Shown: positions 39,467 to 48,833 of the stretch, one piece after another
How the letters are laid out: every line of letters begins with the position of its first letter
How positions within the stretch are numbered: position 1 is the stretch's first letter
DNA from: Candidatus Nomurabacteria bacterium
GTDB taxonomy: Bacteria; Patescibacteriota; Minisyncoccia; Phycocordibacterales; UBA5272
Direction: 5' to 3'
Assembly: GCA_040376695.1 (NCBI GenBank)
Contig: JBEIQD010000001.1
Coordinates: 15,615 to 79,614, forward strand
Length of the DNA: 64,000 nt
Translations under genes and position numbers: made by a program
The notes under the pieces: model-generated
Databases searched by the model: none
Told to the model about the DNA's origin: nothing
Seen by the model: only the letters and a program-made list of their open reading frames with translations

Positions 39467-40384
39467 ATGATACGAGCTTCACGCCATGACTATATAGAGT
39501 TATCGTATATCTACGGAGTTGCCGTAGTAATTGTTGTGTTTCTCTCTTTGGTTGCTCTTCCTGTGGATACTGCTAATTTTGGATTAATTGTACCGAAAGT
39601 TGAAGAGGCAGAATTTTCACCATATACACCCGCGGCTTTTAACAACGTAGTGGTTAAGGCTGAAGCGTATATTGTGTATGATCTCGTAGATAAAAAAGTT
39701 ATAGCACAAAGAAACAGCACTATTCAATTACCTCTTGCTAGTATTACAAAAGTGATGACGGCTATAACTGCGCGCAGTCATTATCCTGAAGAAACAAAAA
39801 TAATCATTAATCCTGGGAGCATTGAGGAGGGTTACGATTTAGGGTTAAAAAAGGGACAAGTGTGGAAATTGGATGAACTATTGAAATATACACTCGTTTT
39901 TTCATCTAATGACGGTGCTCATGCTATTGCAGATGGATTAGGTGGAAGGGAAAAGTTTATTGAACAAATGAATACTGATAGTGCGCTTCTTGGACTTGCT
40001 TTTACATTTACTGATCCAGCTGGCCTTGATGTTGGAGATGCAATAGGGGGAAAGGGTACCGCACTTGATGTGGCTAAGCTTTTTGGTATTGCACGTAAGA
40101 GATATCCTGAAATTTTTGAAAGCACAACAAAAACTCGCCTCAATGTTTTCGCCAGTAAAGATCCAATAACAGGTATTCCAAATACCAATCAGGAGATTAC
40201 TAATCTTTTTGGCGCAGAGGCTTCTAAAACTGGCTTTACGGACAGCGCAGGAGGAAATCTCGGTGTTGTCGTGGATGTTGCTTTAGGGCACCCTGTAGTT
40301 ATCGTGGTTCTTGGTTCAACTCGAGAAGCTCGTTTTGTGGATACGGAAAATCTGTACAAAGCGCTCCTCCAAAGTATCAAATAA
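39467..40384 (+). CDS. D-alanyl-D-alanine carboxypeptidase (S11 PBP5-like)
   Basis: SITK (SxxK), SSN (SxN) and KTGFT (KTG) motifs. N-terminal TM. Confidence 0.8.
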   Translation: MIRASRHDYIELSYIYGVAVVIVVFLSLVALPVDTANFGLIVPKVEEAEFSPYTPAAFNNVVVKAEAYIVYDLVDKKVIAQRNSTIQLPLASITKVMTAITARSHYPEETKIIINPGSIEEGYDLGLKKGQVWKLDELLKYTLVFSSNDGAHAIADGLGGREKFIEQMNTDSALLGLAFTFTDPAGLDVGDAIGGKGTALDVAKLFGIARKRYPEIFESTTKTRLNVFASKDPITGIPNTNQEITNLFGAEASKTGFTDSAGGNLGVVVDVALGHPVVIVVLGSTREARFVDTENLYKALLQSIK

Positions 40385-40409
40385 AGCTTGTGGATTCTGA
40401 TAAAAACGG

Positions 40410-41510
40410 TTGTTTTGCTTATGCTATACTTTAGACATGATTATATCGCTTAGTCTTTTCAAGGTTCTTTTACCAGCACTTTTCTCATTTATTATTGGCC
40501 TCCTTATTTCTTCACCCCTGATTACTTTCTTACAAAAGAATCAAGTTTGGAAAAAGAAAAGTGTTAAAAATACTATTGATGGAGCTATCGCGACCATTAC
40601 ACAAACCCTTCACAATGACGAAGAAAGAAAACTCCTACGCATGGGAGGGGTTGTCATCTGGGCGTCAGTGTTTATAACTACCGCAATATTCCTAGTTGTT
40701 TCGCATGTGTTCCCAACAGACTTAACAGCTAAGCTTGATTTTATTTCAAGAAATCAAACATGGCTCCCGTTGGTTGCTATGCTTGTTGGAGCTATTGTAG
40801 GAGGCGTGGATGACCTACTTGTTGTCGAAGCATTTAAAGGCAGACTTAATTCATACATTGGAGGAGGTCTTTCATTCCCTGTACGCTTAGCTGCAGTGGG
40901 AACACTAGGGCTTTCTATGGGGCTCTGGTTTTTCTATAAACTGGATGTCAGTTCAATTTATATACCTTTTTACGGAGATCTTTTTGTGGGAGGTCTTCTT
41001 TTTGTGCTCTTTTTTATTGTAGTGACTGTTGCACTTTTTTCTACAAGCGTTATTGATGGAGTGGACGGACTTTCGGGTGGTATTTTCTCGGCAATCTTTA
41101 CTGCGTATGGATTCATTGCTTTCTATCAAAACCAAATTGATATCGCAGCTCTTTGCTTTATGATTGTCGGAGGAATTCTTGCTTTCCTATGGTTTAACGT
41201 TCCTCCTGCGGTGTTTATGATGGCTGAAACGGGTATTATGGCTCTCACGCTTTCTCTTTCTGTTATTTCTTTCCTTACGAATGCGGTAATGTATCTTCCT
41301 ATTATTGCGCTCCCTCTTGTGATTACGACAGGTTCTGTGATTCTTCAGTTGCTGTGGAAGAAATTCTTTAAGAGAAAGTTATTTATTGTTGCACCACTTC
41401 ACCACCACTTTGAAGCTAAAGGTTGGGCTAAGGCACAGGTAACTATGCGTTATTGGATTGTTTCTTATATCTGCGCACTGCTGGGAATAGTAATTGTAGT
41501 TATTAGTTAG
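40410..41510 (+). CDS. mraY: phospho-N-acetylmuramoyl-pentapeptide transferase MraY
   Basis: Polytopic membrane protein with the conserved DD and VIDGVDGLSGG motifs. Confidence 0.9.
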   Translation: MFCLCYTLDMIISLSLFKVLLPALFSFIIGLLISSPLITFLQKNQVWKKKSVKNTIDGAIATITQTLHNDEERKLLRMGGVVIWASVFITTAIFLVVSHVFPTDLTAKLDFISRNQTWLPLVAMLVGAIVGGVDDLLVVEAFKGRLNSYIGGGLSFPVRLAAVGTLGLSMGLWFFYKLDVSSIYIPFYGDLFVGGLLFVLFFIVVTVALFSTSVIDGVDGLSGGIFSAIFTAYGFIAFYQNQIDIAALCFMIVGGILAFLWFNVPPAVFMMAETGIMALTLSLSVISFLTNAVMYLPIIALPLVITTGSVILQLLWKKFFKRKLFIVAPLHHHFEAKGWAKAQVTMRYWIVSYICALLGIVIVVIS

Positions 41511-41514
41511 CTAT

Positions 41515-42612
41515 ATGTTCGATAGAGTAGATAAGCCACTTCTCATAACGGTAATCGTTCTTTTAATTTCTGGGCTTATTATATTTGGATCAGCAGCCTT
41601 AGGTGTTCTTTCGGTCAACGAAGTTAAATTCTACGCTGTTATAAAAACACAACTTATTTATGCGCTCATCGGAGGGTCTGTTGCATTATGTTTGGGAACA
41701 CTTATCCCGTATCAGTTCTACAAACGTTATGCATATCAACTATTCGGTTTTGCACTTGTTATAACCACTCTCGTGTTTGTTCCGGGTCTTCAAAGATACC
41801 ACGGAGGAGCTCATCGTTGGATAGACATCGGACCGTTTTCTCTTCAACCATCAGAGGCTCTTAAGTTTGCTTTCGTTGGTGTTGTAGCGTTTTGGTGTAC
41901 AAAGTATAGACACCTGTTCCGTGATATGCGGTATGGGTTATTGCCGTACCTTGCGGCTGCAGGAGTTGTGTCTGTGATTCTCCTTTCTCAGCCAGACTTT
42001 GGAACATATCTCGTTATTATGACCGCTTCCTTCGTTACGTATTTCGTGGGGGGTGCTCGCAAGAAACATATCTACACACTTATCATTGCAGGTATCATCG
42101 GTGTGGTGGTTCTTATCTCTTTAAGGCCATATATGTTGGAACGTGTTAAAACATTTTTGGACAGCGGACATGATCCGCGTGGTGCTTCTTGGCAGCTGAA
42201 TCAGTCTCTCATTGCTCTCGGAGGGGGAGGGTTAACAGGACGCGGACTTGGGCAAAGCGTGCAGAAATTTAACTATCTTCCAGAGCCAATTGGAGACTCA
42301 ATCTTTGCTGTCCTTGGGGAAGAATTAGGCTTTATTGGGGTCATATTTCTCATTACACTGTATGGTATAGTAGGGGTAAGGGGATTTGTTATTTCAAAGT
42401 ATTCAAGAGATCAGTATGGTAGGTTACTTGCGATAGGAGTGGTTACTATTATCCTTACGCAAGCAACGCTTAACATTGGATCAATGCTTGGGGTGTTGCC
42501 GCTCAGTGGTGTGCCACTTCCATTAGTGTCTCACGGAGGAACTGCGCTCATGGTTGCACTCTTTGAGCTTGGAGTACTTCTTAATATTTCAAAACAATCT
42601 ACATTAGTATGA
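41515..42612 (+). CDS. ftsW: SEDS glycosyltransferase FtsW/RodA family
   Basis: 10-TM SEDS sequence. Between mraY and murG. Confidence 0.88.
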   Translation: MFDRVDKPLLITVIVLLISGLIIFGSAALGVLSVNEVKFYAVIKTQLIYALIGGSVALCLGTLIPYQFYKRYAYQLFGFALVITTLVFVPGLQRYHGGAHRWIDIGPFSLQPSEALKFAFVGVVAFWCTKYRHLFRDMRYGLLPYLAAAGVVSVILLSQPDFGTYLVIMTASFVTYFVGGARKKHIYTLIIAGIIGVVVLISLRPYMLERVKTFLDSGHDPRGASWQLNQSLIALGGGGLTGRGLGQSVQKFNYLPEPIGDSIFAVLGEELGFIGVIFLITLYGIVGVRGFVISKYSRDQYGRLLAIGVVTIILTQATLNIGSMLGVLPLSGVPLPLVSHGGTALMVALFELGVLLNISKQSTLV

Positions 42613-43712
42613 AAATCGTAATTACAGGAGCAGGAGGGGGGCATTTCTATCCGTTACTTGCGGTTATTGAACGCGTTCGAAAGGAGTCATTTGTTCAGAA
42701 AATAATTCAACCAGAGGTTTTCTTTCTTTCTGACAAACCATACGACGAAAAGGCACTCTTTGGTCTTCAGATAAAATTTATTCAAATTCCTGCAGGAAAA
42801 TTACGGGTGTATGCATCGCTTGAAACAGTAACGGATATGTTTAAGACTGCATACGGAGTATTGGTTGCCATCATCAAACTCTACGCTATTTATCCTGATG
42901 TAGTTTTCGCTAAAGGCGGATATGCTAGTTTCCCAACATTGTTTGCTGCTCGCTTCTTATCTATTCCAGTAGTGGTACACGAGAGTGACACAGTTCCTGG
43001 GAGAACAACTAAATGGGCAGGGAAATTTGCTTCTCGTATTGCTTTGTCATATGCAGAGGCTGCACCCTTTTATCCGCACGAACATACAGCTCTCACTGGG
43101 CAGCCAATACGCGAACTCCTTCTTCCTCCAGAAAATTTCGAACGTGTATATGGTGCCAAGGAGCGACCTGTTGTGCTTATTATCGGTGGTTCACAAGGAA
43201 GTAAGACACTTAATGAAGCCATCTTGCGCATTCTTCCAGAGCTTCTTACTAAGTATGATGTTGTGCATCAAACAGGAGAAGCCAATCTAGAAGAAATGAA
43301 GCAGGTTACTGCATCTATTTTGAGGGATCATGCCTATAAGGATCATTATTTTATTGACGGGTTTATTGATGTGGGAATATTTTATTCAAAAGTTGATCTT
43401 GTTATTACGCGTGCGGGTTCAATGATGTTTGAGATGGCAGTATGGCAAATTCCGATGCTCGTTGTTCCAATTCCAGAATCAGTAAGTCGCGATCAACGAT
43501 CGAACGCTTATGCAATGGCGGGACGTGGGGTTGCTTCTGTGCTTGAAGAAAACAACTTATCTCCAACCATTATGATGACTGAAATCGGTCGTATCATGGA
43601 TGACAAAGAAAACTACGCAAAGATGTCACAAGCTGGTCTTCAATTTGAAACATCTCGCACTGCCGCATCTACGATTGCTCGAGAACTTATTCGCATAGGA
43701 CTTAGTCATTAA
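42609..43712 (+). CDS. murG: UDP-GlcNAc:lipid I GlcNAc transferase MurG
   Basis: G-loop ITGAGGGHFYP at the N-terminus and a GT28 C-terminal domain. ATGA overlap with ftsW. Confidence 0.9.
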   Translation: MKIVITGAGGGHFYPLLAVIERVRKESFVQKIIQPEVFFLSDKPYDEKALFGLQIKFIQIPAGKLRVYASLETVTDMFKTAYGVLVAIIKLYAIYPDVVFAKGGYASFPTLFAARFLSIPVVVHESDTVPGRTTKWAGKFASRIALSYAEAAPFYPHEHTALTGQPIRELLLPPENFERVYGAKERPVVLIIGGSQGSKTLNEAILRILPELLTKYDVVHQTGEANLEEMKQVTASILRDHAYKDHYFIDGFIDVGIFYSKVDLVITRAGSMMFEMAVWQIPMLVVPIPESVSRDQRSNAYAMAGRGVASVLEENNLSPTIMMTEIGRIMDDKENYAKMSQAGLQFETSRTAASTIARELIRIGLSH

Positions 43713-43726
43713 TAATATATACATAT

Positions 43727-45151
43727 ATGGAAAAGAAAATTGTCACAAGATTTGCACCGTCTCCTACAGGATTTATGCACGTAGGTGGTGTTCGTACTGC
43801 TCTCTATGCGTGGGCGTGGGCACGAAAAAATAATGGGACATTTATTTTACGTATTGAAGACACGGATAAGGCGCGAGAAGTAGAAGGTTCTATTCCACAT
43901 ATTATCGAATCACTCAAGTGGCTCGGTATTACGTGGGACGAAGGAGTTGATATTGGTGGACCAAATGCGCCGTACCTTCAATCAGAACGCCTTTCGTCAT
44001 ATAAAAAATATGCACAGATTCTTATTGATAAAGGATATGCATACGCTGACCCATATTCGGAAGAGGAAGTAGCAGCATTCCGTGCTGCTGCAGAACAGGA
44101 GAAGCGTGCGTTCCTATACCGTGATCATAGACCAACGACGACAAGTGTATGGGACGGAACGACATCTCTTCGTTTTAAGGTTCCTGAAATAAAAAGTTAC
44201 ACATGGACTGATGCAGTTCGTGGTGAGCTCTCTGCAGGAGAAGAGGCACTGGATGATTTTGTGTTGATTAAGAGTGATGGATATCCAACCTATAACTTCG
44301 CACATATTATAGATGACTTAGAAATGGGAGTTACGCATATTATGCGAGCGGACGAGTTCATTGCATCTACTCCAAAGTTTTTGTCTCTCTATGATGCTCT
44401 TGGTATTGTTCCACCAGTGCTTGTGACACTTCCACCAATTCTTGCTCCAGAAGGAAATAAGAAACTCGGTAAGCGCGATGGAGCTAAGGATATTTTGGAA
44501 TATAGAAAAGAAGGATATCTACCAGAAGCGATGGTGAACTTCTTAGCGTTTCTTGGATGGAATCCAGGAGGTGAAGTTGAAATTATGACACCGGAAGAAA
44601 TTGTTGAAGCGTTCACTATCGAACGAATTCATAAATCAGGTGCCATGTTAAACGAAGAGAAGCTTCTTTGGATAAACAAAGAGCATATGAAGAAAAAAGA
44701 TACTACCACTCAGTTGGAAGCAATCAAACCCTACATGAGCGGGTATGGAGATGAACTTCTCACAAGATTACTGCCTACTATCATAGATCGCATTAATACA
44801 TACGGTGAACTTGTTTCAATTGAAGAATCAGAGTTTCGGTTCTTTATTACACGTCCACAAACAGAAATGGAGCGAGTGCTTTTTAAAGATGATGAACCAC
44901 ACGTTGCTCTACGGCACCTCACTAAAGTAAAAGAACTTCTAGAGACGGCAGATTTTTCTTCTCCTGAAGCTGTAAAAGCAAGTATTATGCCTTACGCGGA
45001 AACGGAAGGGAAGGGGAATGTGTTGTGGCCGCTTCGTATGTCTTTGTCAGGACAGGAAAAGTCGGTAGACCCTTTTACTATTTGTTACGTGCTTGGTAAA
45101 GAAGAAGTATTCGCGCGTATTGATGCTATCTGTCACACATTACGCTCATAA
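43727..45151 (+). CDS. gltX: glutamyl-tRNA synthetase
   Basis: Class I with a HIGH-region HVGGVRTALY and a KLGKR (KMSKS-like) motif. Confidence 0.92.
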   Translation: MEKKIVTRFAPSPTGFMHVGGVRTALYAWAWARKNNGTFILRIEDTDKAREVEGSIPHIIESLKWLGITWDEGVDIGGPNAPYLQSERLSSYKKYAQILIDKGYAYADPYSEEEVAAFRAAAEQEKRAFLYRDHRPTTTSVWDGTTSLRFKVPEIKSYTWTDAVRGELSAGEEALDDFVLIKSDGYPTYNFAHIIDDLEMGVTHIMRADEFIASTPKFLSLYDALGIVPPVLVTLPPILAPEGNKKLGKRDGAKDILEYRKEGYLPEAMVNFLAFLGWNPGGEVEIMTPEEIVEAFTIERIHKSGAMLNEEKLLWINKEHMKKKDTTTQLEAIKPYMSGYGDELLTRLLPTIIDRINTYGELVSIEESEFRFFITRPQTEMERVLFKDDEPHVALRHLTKVKELLETADFSSPEAVKASIMPYAETEGKGNVLWPLRMSLSGQEKSVDPFTICYVLGKEEVFARIDAICHTLRS

Positions 45152-45170
45152 ACTGTTATACATAGATAGT

Positions 45171-46466
45171 ATGCATCACCTTCGAAACCTCTTTATCGCC
45201 CTCATCGTTATTTCTACAGTTACTTTTTTTGGAGTAACTAATACCTACGCTGAAACAGCAGAAGAGTTGCAATCAAGTATTGATTCGTTGTCTTCAAAAA
45301 TCCAAGCACTCGATAAAGAGATTGCTGAGTTTAATAAGAAGATTAGTTCAACTCAAGGTGAAGCAAAGACGCTAAAAAGCGCACTAGCATCTCTAGAGCT
45401 ACGACGTGGCGTTCTTGCGAAAGAAATAGATCGTACACGTTTAAGAATTACAGAGACACAAAGTAGTATTGTTGTTACTGAAGAGAAAATAGAAGTAACA
45501 CAAAGCAAGCTTACTCAAAATCAAAAGGCATTAGCGGAAACATTACGTTCTCTTGTATATCAAGATGCCAGTATTCCGCCATTTGTTCGCACACTCTCAA
45601 ACGGTGCGAAGTTTTCTGATATGGTAGAAGAGCTTAAACGTTCTGCGGATGTTTCAAACGCTATCCAAGCAAAGGTGGAGTTACTAGCAACAACACGGGT
45701 TGATTTAGGAAATCAAAAAACACTCTACGAAACCAACAAGCAAAAGTTGGAAAATCTGAATGTCTCACTTGCTGATCAAAAGCAATTAGTGGAACAGGCA
45801 AGTAAAGATAAAAATACACTCCTCGCTGAAACAAAAAATAAAGAGAGTGAATATCAGAGGCTCTTAGCAGAGAGACAAAAGAAAAAAGGGGAGTTGGAGG
45901 CCGAAATGCTTGATGTTGAATCAAAGCTTAAAGTGATAACTGACGTAACGAAACTTCCAAAAGTTGGGAAGGGGACACTGCAGTATCCGCTCGCAAATGT
46001 AACAATTACTCAATACTTCGGTAACACGCCATTTGCAAGTAAGAATCCGCAAGTCTATAACGGTGGCGGACACAACGGAGTTGACTTTTCTGCTAAAGTT
46101 GGTACTCCGATACTTTCAGCTGCTGGCGGAACGGTGCTTGGTACTGGTGATACTGATAAAGCCTGCAACGCTGTTTCGTATGGTAAATGGGTACTTGTAA
46201 AGCACGCAAACGGCCTTACAACACTCTATGCCCATCTTTCTGTTATTCAGGTCTCTGCTGGTCAATCTGTGACTTCTGGACAGAAACTGGGACTCTCAGG
46301 TAACACTGGATATAGTACTGGTCCACATCTTCACTTTACTGTGTACGCGTCGGATTCAGTTCATATCTCAGGTCCTACAGAATATAAATCAAAGGTATGT
46401 GGAACGTATTTAATTATGCCACTTGCTCCAGCCTCAGGATACCTCAATCCGCTCAGCTACTTCTAA
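45171..46466 (+). CDS. EnvC-like murein hydrolase activator / M23 peptidase with an N-terminal coiled coil
   Basis: Signal peptide, about 250 aa of heptad-rich coiled coil, and an M23 domain (HNGVDF…HLHFTV). Start moved from 45093 to the ATG at 45171 to avoid overlap with gltX. Confidence 0.8.
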   Translation: MHHLRNLFIALIVISTVTFFGVTNTYAETAEELQSSIDSLSSKIQALDKEIAEFNKKISSTQGEAKTLKSALASLELRRGVLAKEIDRTRLRITETQSSIVVTEEKIEVTQSKLTQNQKALAETLRSLVYQDASIPPFVRTLSNGAKFSDMVEELKRSADVSNAIQAKVELLATTRVDLGNQKTLYETNKQKLENLNVSLADQKQLVEQASKDKNTLLAETKNKESEYQRLLAERQKKKGELEAEMLDVESKLKVITDVTKLPKVGKGTLQYPLANVTITQYFGNTPFASKNPQVYNGGGHNGVDFSAKVGTPILSAAGGTVLGTGDTDKACNAVSYGKWVLVKHANGLTTLYAHLSVIQVSAGQSVTSGQKLGLSGNTGYSTGPHLHFTVYASDSVHISGPTEYKSKVCGTYLIMPLAPASGYLNPLSYF

Positions 46467-46504
46467 GCTATTTTCAAATTGGGTATCTATAGTAGACTTA
46501 AAGC

Positions 46505-46603
46505 ATGATTTCCTTTTCTATTCTATCCTTCATACTCATTGCCTTGGTTGTGTTTGCGATTGGTGTGGCGGTAGGTAATGCGGTGATTACTTCTAAGAAA
46601 TAA
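46505..46603 (+). CDS. micro-ORF encoding a 32-aa single-TM peptide (MISFSILSFILIALVVFAIGVAVGNAVITSKK)
   Basis: Translated by hand. Paralogous to the adjacent micro-ORF. No clear SD. Confidence 0.3.
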   Translation: MISFSILSFILIALVVFAIGVAVGNAVITSKK

Positions 46604-46609
46604 ACTAGC

Positions 46610-46711
46610 ATGATCACTTTCACTATTGCAGCATTCATATCAATTCTGTTTACAATTTTTCTCGTTGGGTTCGGTATAGGGCTCTGGCTTACGCTAACGT
46701 ATAAGTCCTAG
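46610..46711 (+). CDS. micro-ORF encoding a 33-aa single-TM peptide (MITFTIAAFISILFTIFLVGFGIGLWLTLTYKS)
   Basis: Translated by hand. Starts 6 nt after the previous stop. Confidence 0.3.
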   Translation: MITFTIAAFISILFTIFLVGFGIGLWLTLTYKS

Positions 46712-46796
46712 GTAAAAGAAGCAGATCCTGCTTAGTTATTGATAATATTGATAAGGGTGTTAGGGAAAGAAAAATGGTATAATTTGTACATTACAC

Positions 46797-47408
46797 ATGG
46801 AATTACCTTGGTTAGATCTTGTAGAACAGATAGCCGTAATTGTTACAGCTCTTACTGTTGTTATTGCACTTATACAATATGCTGACGCAAAGAGTAGAGA
46901 TGCTATTTCTTCTTGCATCGATCAGGTAGCTTTTTTTAGAGAAAAAATTCTAGGAAAGCAAAATGAATTCACCGCACACATGACTGATGCCTCTAAGGGA
47001 GGGAGTGAAAATTTTGCTTTTCTTAGATTGCCTTTACCTAATCCAGCCACTTTAGATAATCTTATTAAAACTCAACCCGAGCTCTCTAGGCAACAATTAG
47101 AAACAGCTTTAAAAGACAGAGATACTTTGAATTTTCACACAAATATATTAAATATGGTAGAGGAGTTTTCTCTACGTGTTAAGTATTCCTACACGCATGA
47201 TAATCCAGCCCTTACATCTCTTAGAAGTGCCTTTGTAGAGCTAGTAGAAATTCATGGCACTTATTTGCTGTTCGTTAGAGATGTTTCTACAGGGAACAAA
47301 GTTTACTCATCAATATTGGAATTGTATAAAGAATGGAATACGCCAGATTTAGATAAGCGTCCGATAAAAGAAAGATTGGAAGAGTATTTGGAGAAGAGAA
47401 ATAAGTAG
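46797..47408 (+). CDS. membrane-anchored hypothetical protein (N-terminal TM plus a ~170-aa cytoplasmic helical domain)
   Basis: TM IAVIVTALTVVIALI. Extended -10 TGGTATAAT 12 nt upstream of the ATG, giving a near-leaderless transcript. Confidence 0.5.
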   Translation: MELPWLDLVEQIAVIVTALTVVIALIQYADAKSRDAISSCIDQVAFFREKILGKQNEFTAHMTDASKGGSENFAFLRLPLPNPATLDNLIKTQPELSRQQLETALKDRDTLNFHTNILNMVEEFSLRVKYSYTHDNPALTSLRSAFVELVEIHGTYLLFVRDVSTGNKVYSSILELYKEWNTPDLDKRPIKERLEEYLEKRNK

Positions 47409-47504
47409 ATAAATTCCTGAAAACACTTGCTGTGTGCAGCACGAAATTTTCTAATGAAACAGAGTAGGGGGCAAAGCCCCTTCCGTGAGAAAAACTATAA
47501 TTAT

Positions 47505-47930
47505 CTATTTTGAACCACCACCTTTACCTCCTTCGGCAATTATGGTGTTATTGAATGTTGAGTTGCCACCATCTGATTCGTTAGTTCCTCCTTGCCCAAC
47601 TACCACCGAGTAACTTCCAGGTACAACAGATAATTTTTCTACGTGAACAACTCCACCTGAGCCACCGCCGTGACCAGCTTGTCCATGGGTTGAGTTGCCT
47701 CCAGCGCCTCCACCACCAACCATGAACATGCTCACTGTGCCCGTACCTTGTGAGGCGTTGTTCTTCTTTGAGAAAAACCTCTTAGTAAGCTCCTGTACAC
47801 CTACAAGAATAAAAAAACCTCCAACCAAAACTAGTATAAGTCCGAGAGTCCCAATAGGGTCAGTGATCATATCTTTGATAAATTCTACTGCTGAGTTTTT
47901 TGCTGCAGACCAGCTGATTGATGTATCCAT
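47505..47930 (-). CDS. glycine-rich membrane-anchored protein
   Basis: TM IGTLGLILVLVGGFFILVGV followed by Gly-rich low-complexity sequence (GGGGAGGNSTHGQAGHGGGSGG…GGKGGGSK). Convergent with the 46797 gene. Confidence 0.45.
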   Translation of the reverse strand: MDTSISWSAAKNSAVEFIKDMITDPIGTLGLILVLVGGFFILVGVQELTKRFFSKKNNASQGTGTVSMFMVGGGGAGGNSTHGQAGHGGGSGGVVHVEKLSVVPGSYSVVVGQGGTNESDGGNSTFNNTIIAEGGKGGGSK

Positions 47931-48296
47931 CCTTTAAGTATATACGACTTACGGATGTGGATAAACTTCATAAGCCCCCTCAAGGAGATAGTCGTAAAAG
48001 AAGCATTGTGCGACATTGGCATAATAAAGCGAAAGGTTTCCCCTCCAGTATCTACAACGTTTTAAACCACAGTCTGATTGAGTTGGCACAAGTTGCGTTA
48101 AACTTATGCTCCCTCACCTAGCTGCGCGGATTCAAATCTTTTCGACTGCCGCTTCCCTTATTGTGTAGATTTCAATACATACCAAAAAGCCATTTTTTCG
48201 GATTTTGAAGAAAATCTGATTTTTGAGTATTCTAGGCATTTTTATTCTAAATCCCTCAACCCCTCTTAAAGACCCTTTTAGATACCGATACTTAGC

Positions 48297-48325
48297 TTGC
48301 TAACGTTTACATCAATTGATATACT
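48297..48325 (+). promoter_or_regulatory. marR promoter TTGCTA-17-TATACT with a 10-bp perfect palindrome ATCAATTGAT (48311-48320) in the spacer/-10; leaderless start
   Basis: The -10 ends 6 nt before the ATG at 48332. The palindrome is a likely MarR autoregulatory operator. Confidence 0.5.
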
Positions 48326-48331
48326 TACCGT

Positions 48332-48811
48332 ATGAAATCTCCAAGCGAGAAAGATGTTACGAGACCTATGTCGGATGATTTTTCTAAGAGCTTTATGTAT
48401 TCAATTCATGAGCTCTATTTTCTCGTGCAAAAACACCTCGAGCAGGTACTCTCTAAACATAAGTCACTCTCGTTCTCACAGTTCCTTATCTTAGTAGGCT
48501 TTAAGTGTTCACCAACGATAGCTGTCTCACAGTCTTCTATTGCAGAACGTCTTAACCTCACGGAAGCAACTGTCTCACGACATGTTTCTACGCTTGTTGC
48601 TCTTGATCTTCTTTCTCGCACCGAAGATCTAAGTAATAGACGAAAGTACACCATCACACTTACCTCAAAAGGAAAAAAGGTATTCGATGCAGCAAGCTCT
48701 CTTATCGATAAAGAACTCAGTGTTATCTTTTCATCAATCAAAGAAAAAGATCGCGCAGGTATTATGAAAAACTTCTCAACCATCCTCTCACAGCTTCAAA
48801 GCAAGAAGTGA
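48332..48811 (+). CDS. MarR-family transcriptional regulator
   Basis: Winged-helix MarR pattern (LSFSQFLIL…LNLTEATVSRHVSTLVALDLL…R…K..Y.ITLT.KG). Confidence 0.8.
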   Translation: MKSPSEKDVTRPMSDDFSKSFMYSIHELYFLVQKHLEQVLSKHKSLSFSQFLILVGFKCSPTIAVSQSSIAERLNLTEATVSRHVSTLVALDLLSRTEDLSNRRKYTITLTSKGKKVFDAASSLIDKELSVIFSSIKEKDRAGIMKNFSTILSQLQSKK

Positions 48812-48833
48812 TTTATTATTTAATGACATTACT

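Noticed and set aside
47695-47937. 80-aa Pro-rich ORF antisense to the Gly-rich gene
   Set aside because: Reverse-complement of GGN glycine codons gives NCC proline codons. It is an artefact of the Gly-rich coding strand and has no TM or SD.
47918-48121. 67-aa ORF at the start of the 400-bp gap
   Set aside because: It overlaps the 5' end of the minus-strand gene, has no SD and has no sequence features. The region is better treated as non-coding pending RNA data.
48121-48165. tRNA-like T-arm (GGATTCAAATC) in the marR upstream gap
   Set aside because: The flanks cannot form a 5-bp T-stem or an acceptor stem. On neither strand is there a D-arm or anticodon arm, so it is not a tRNA or tmRNA 3' domain.
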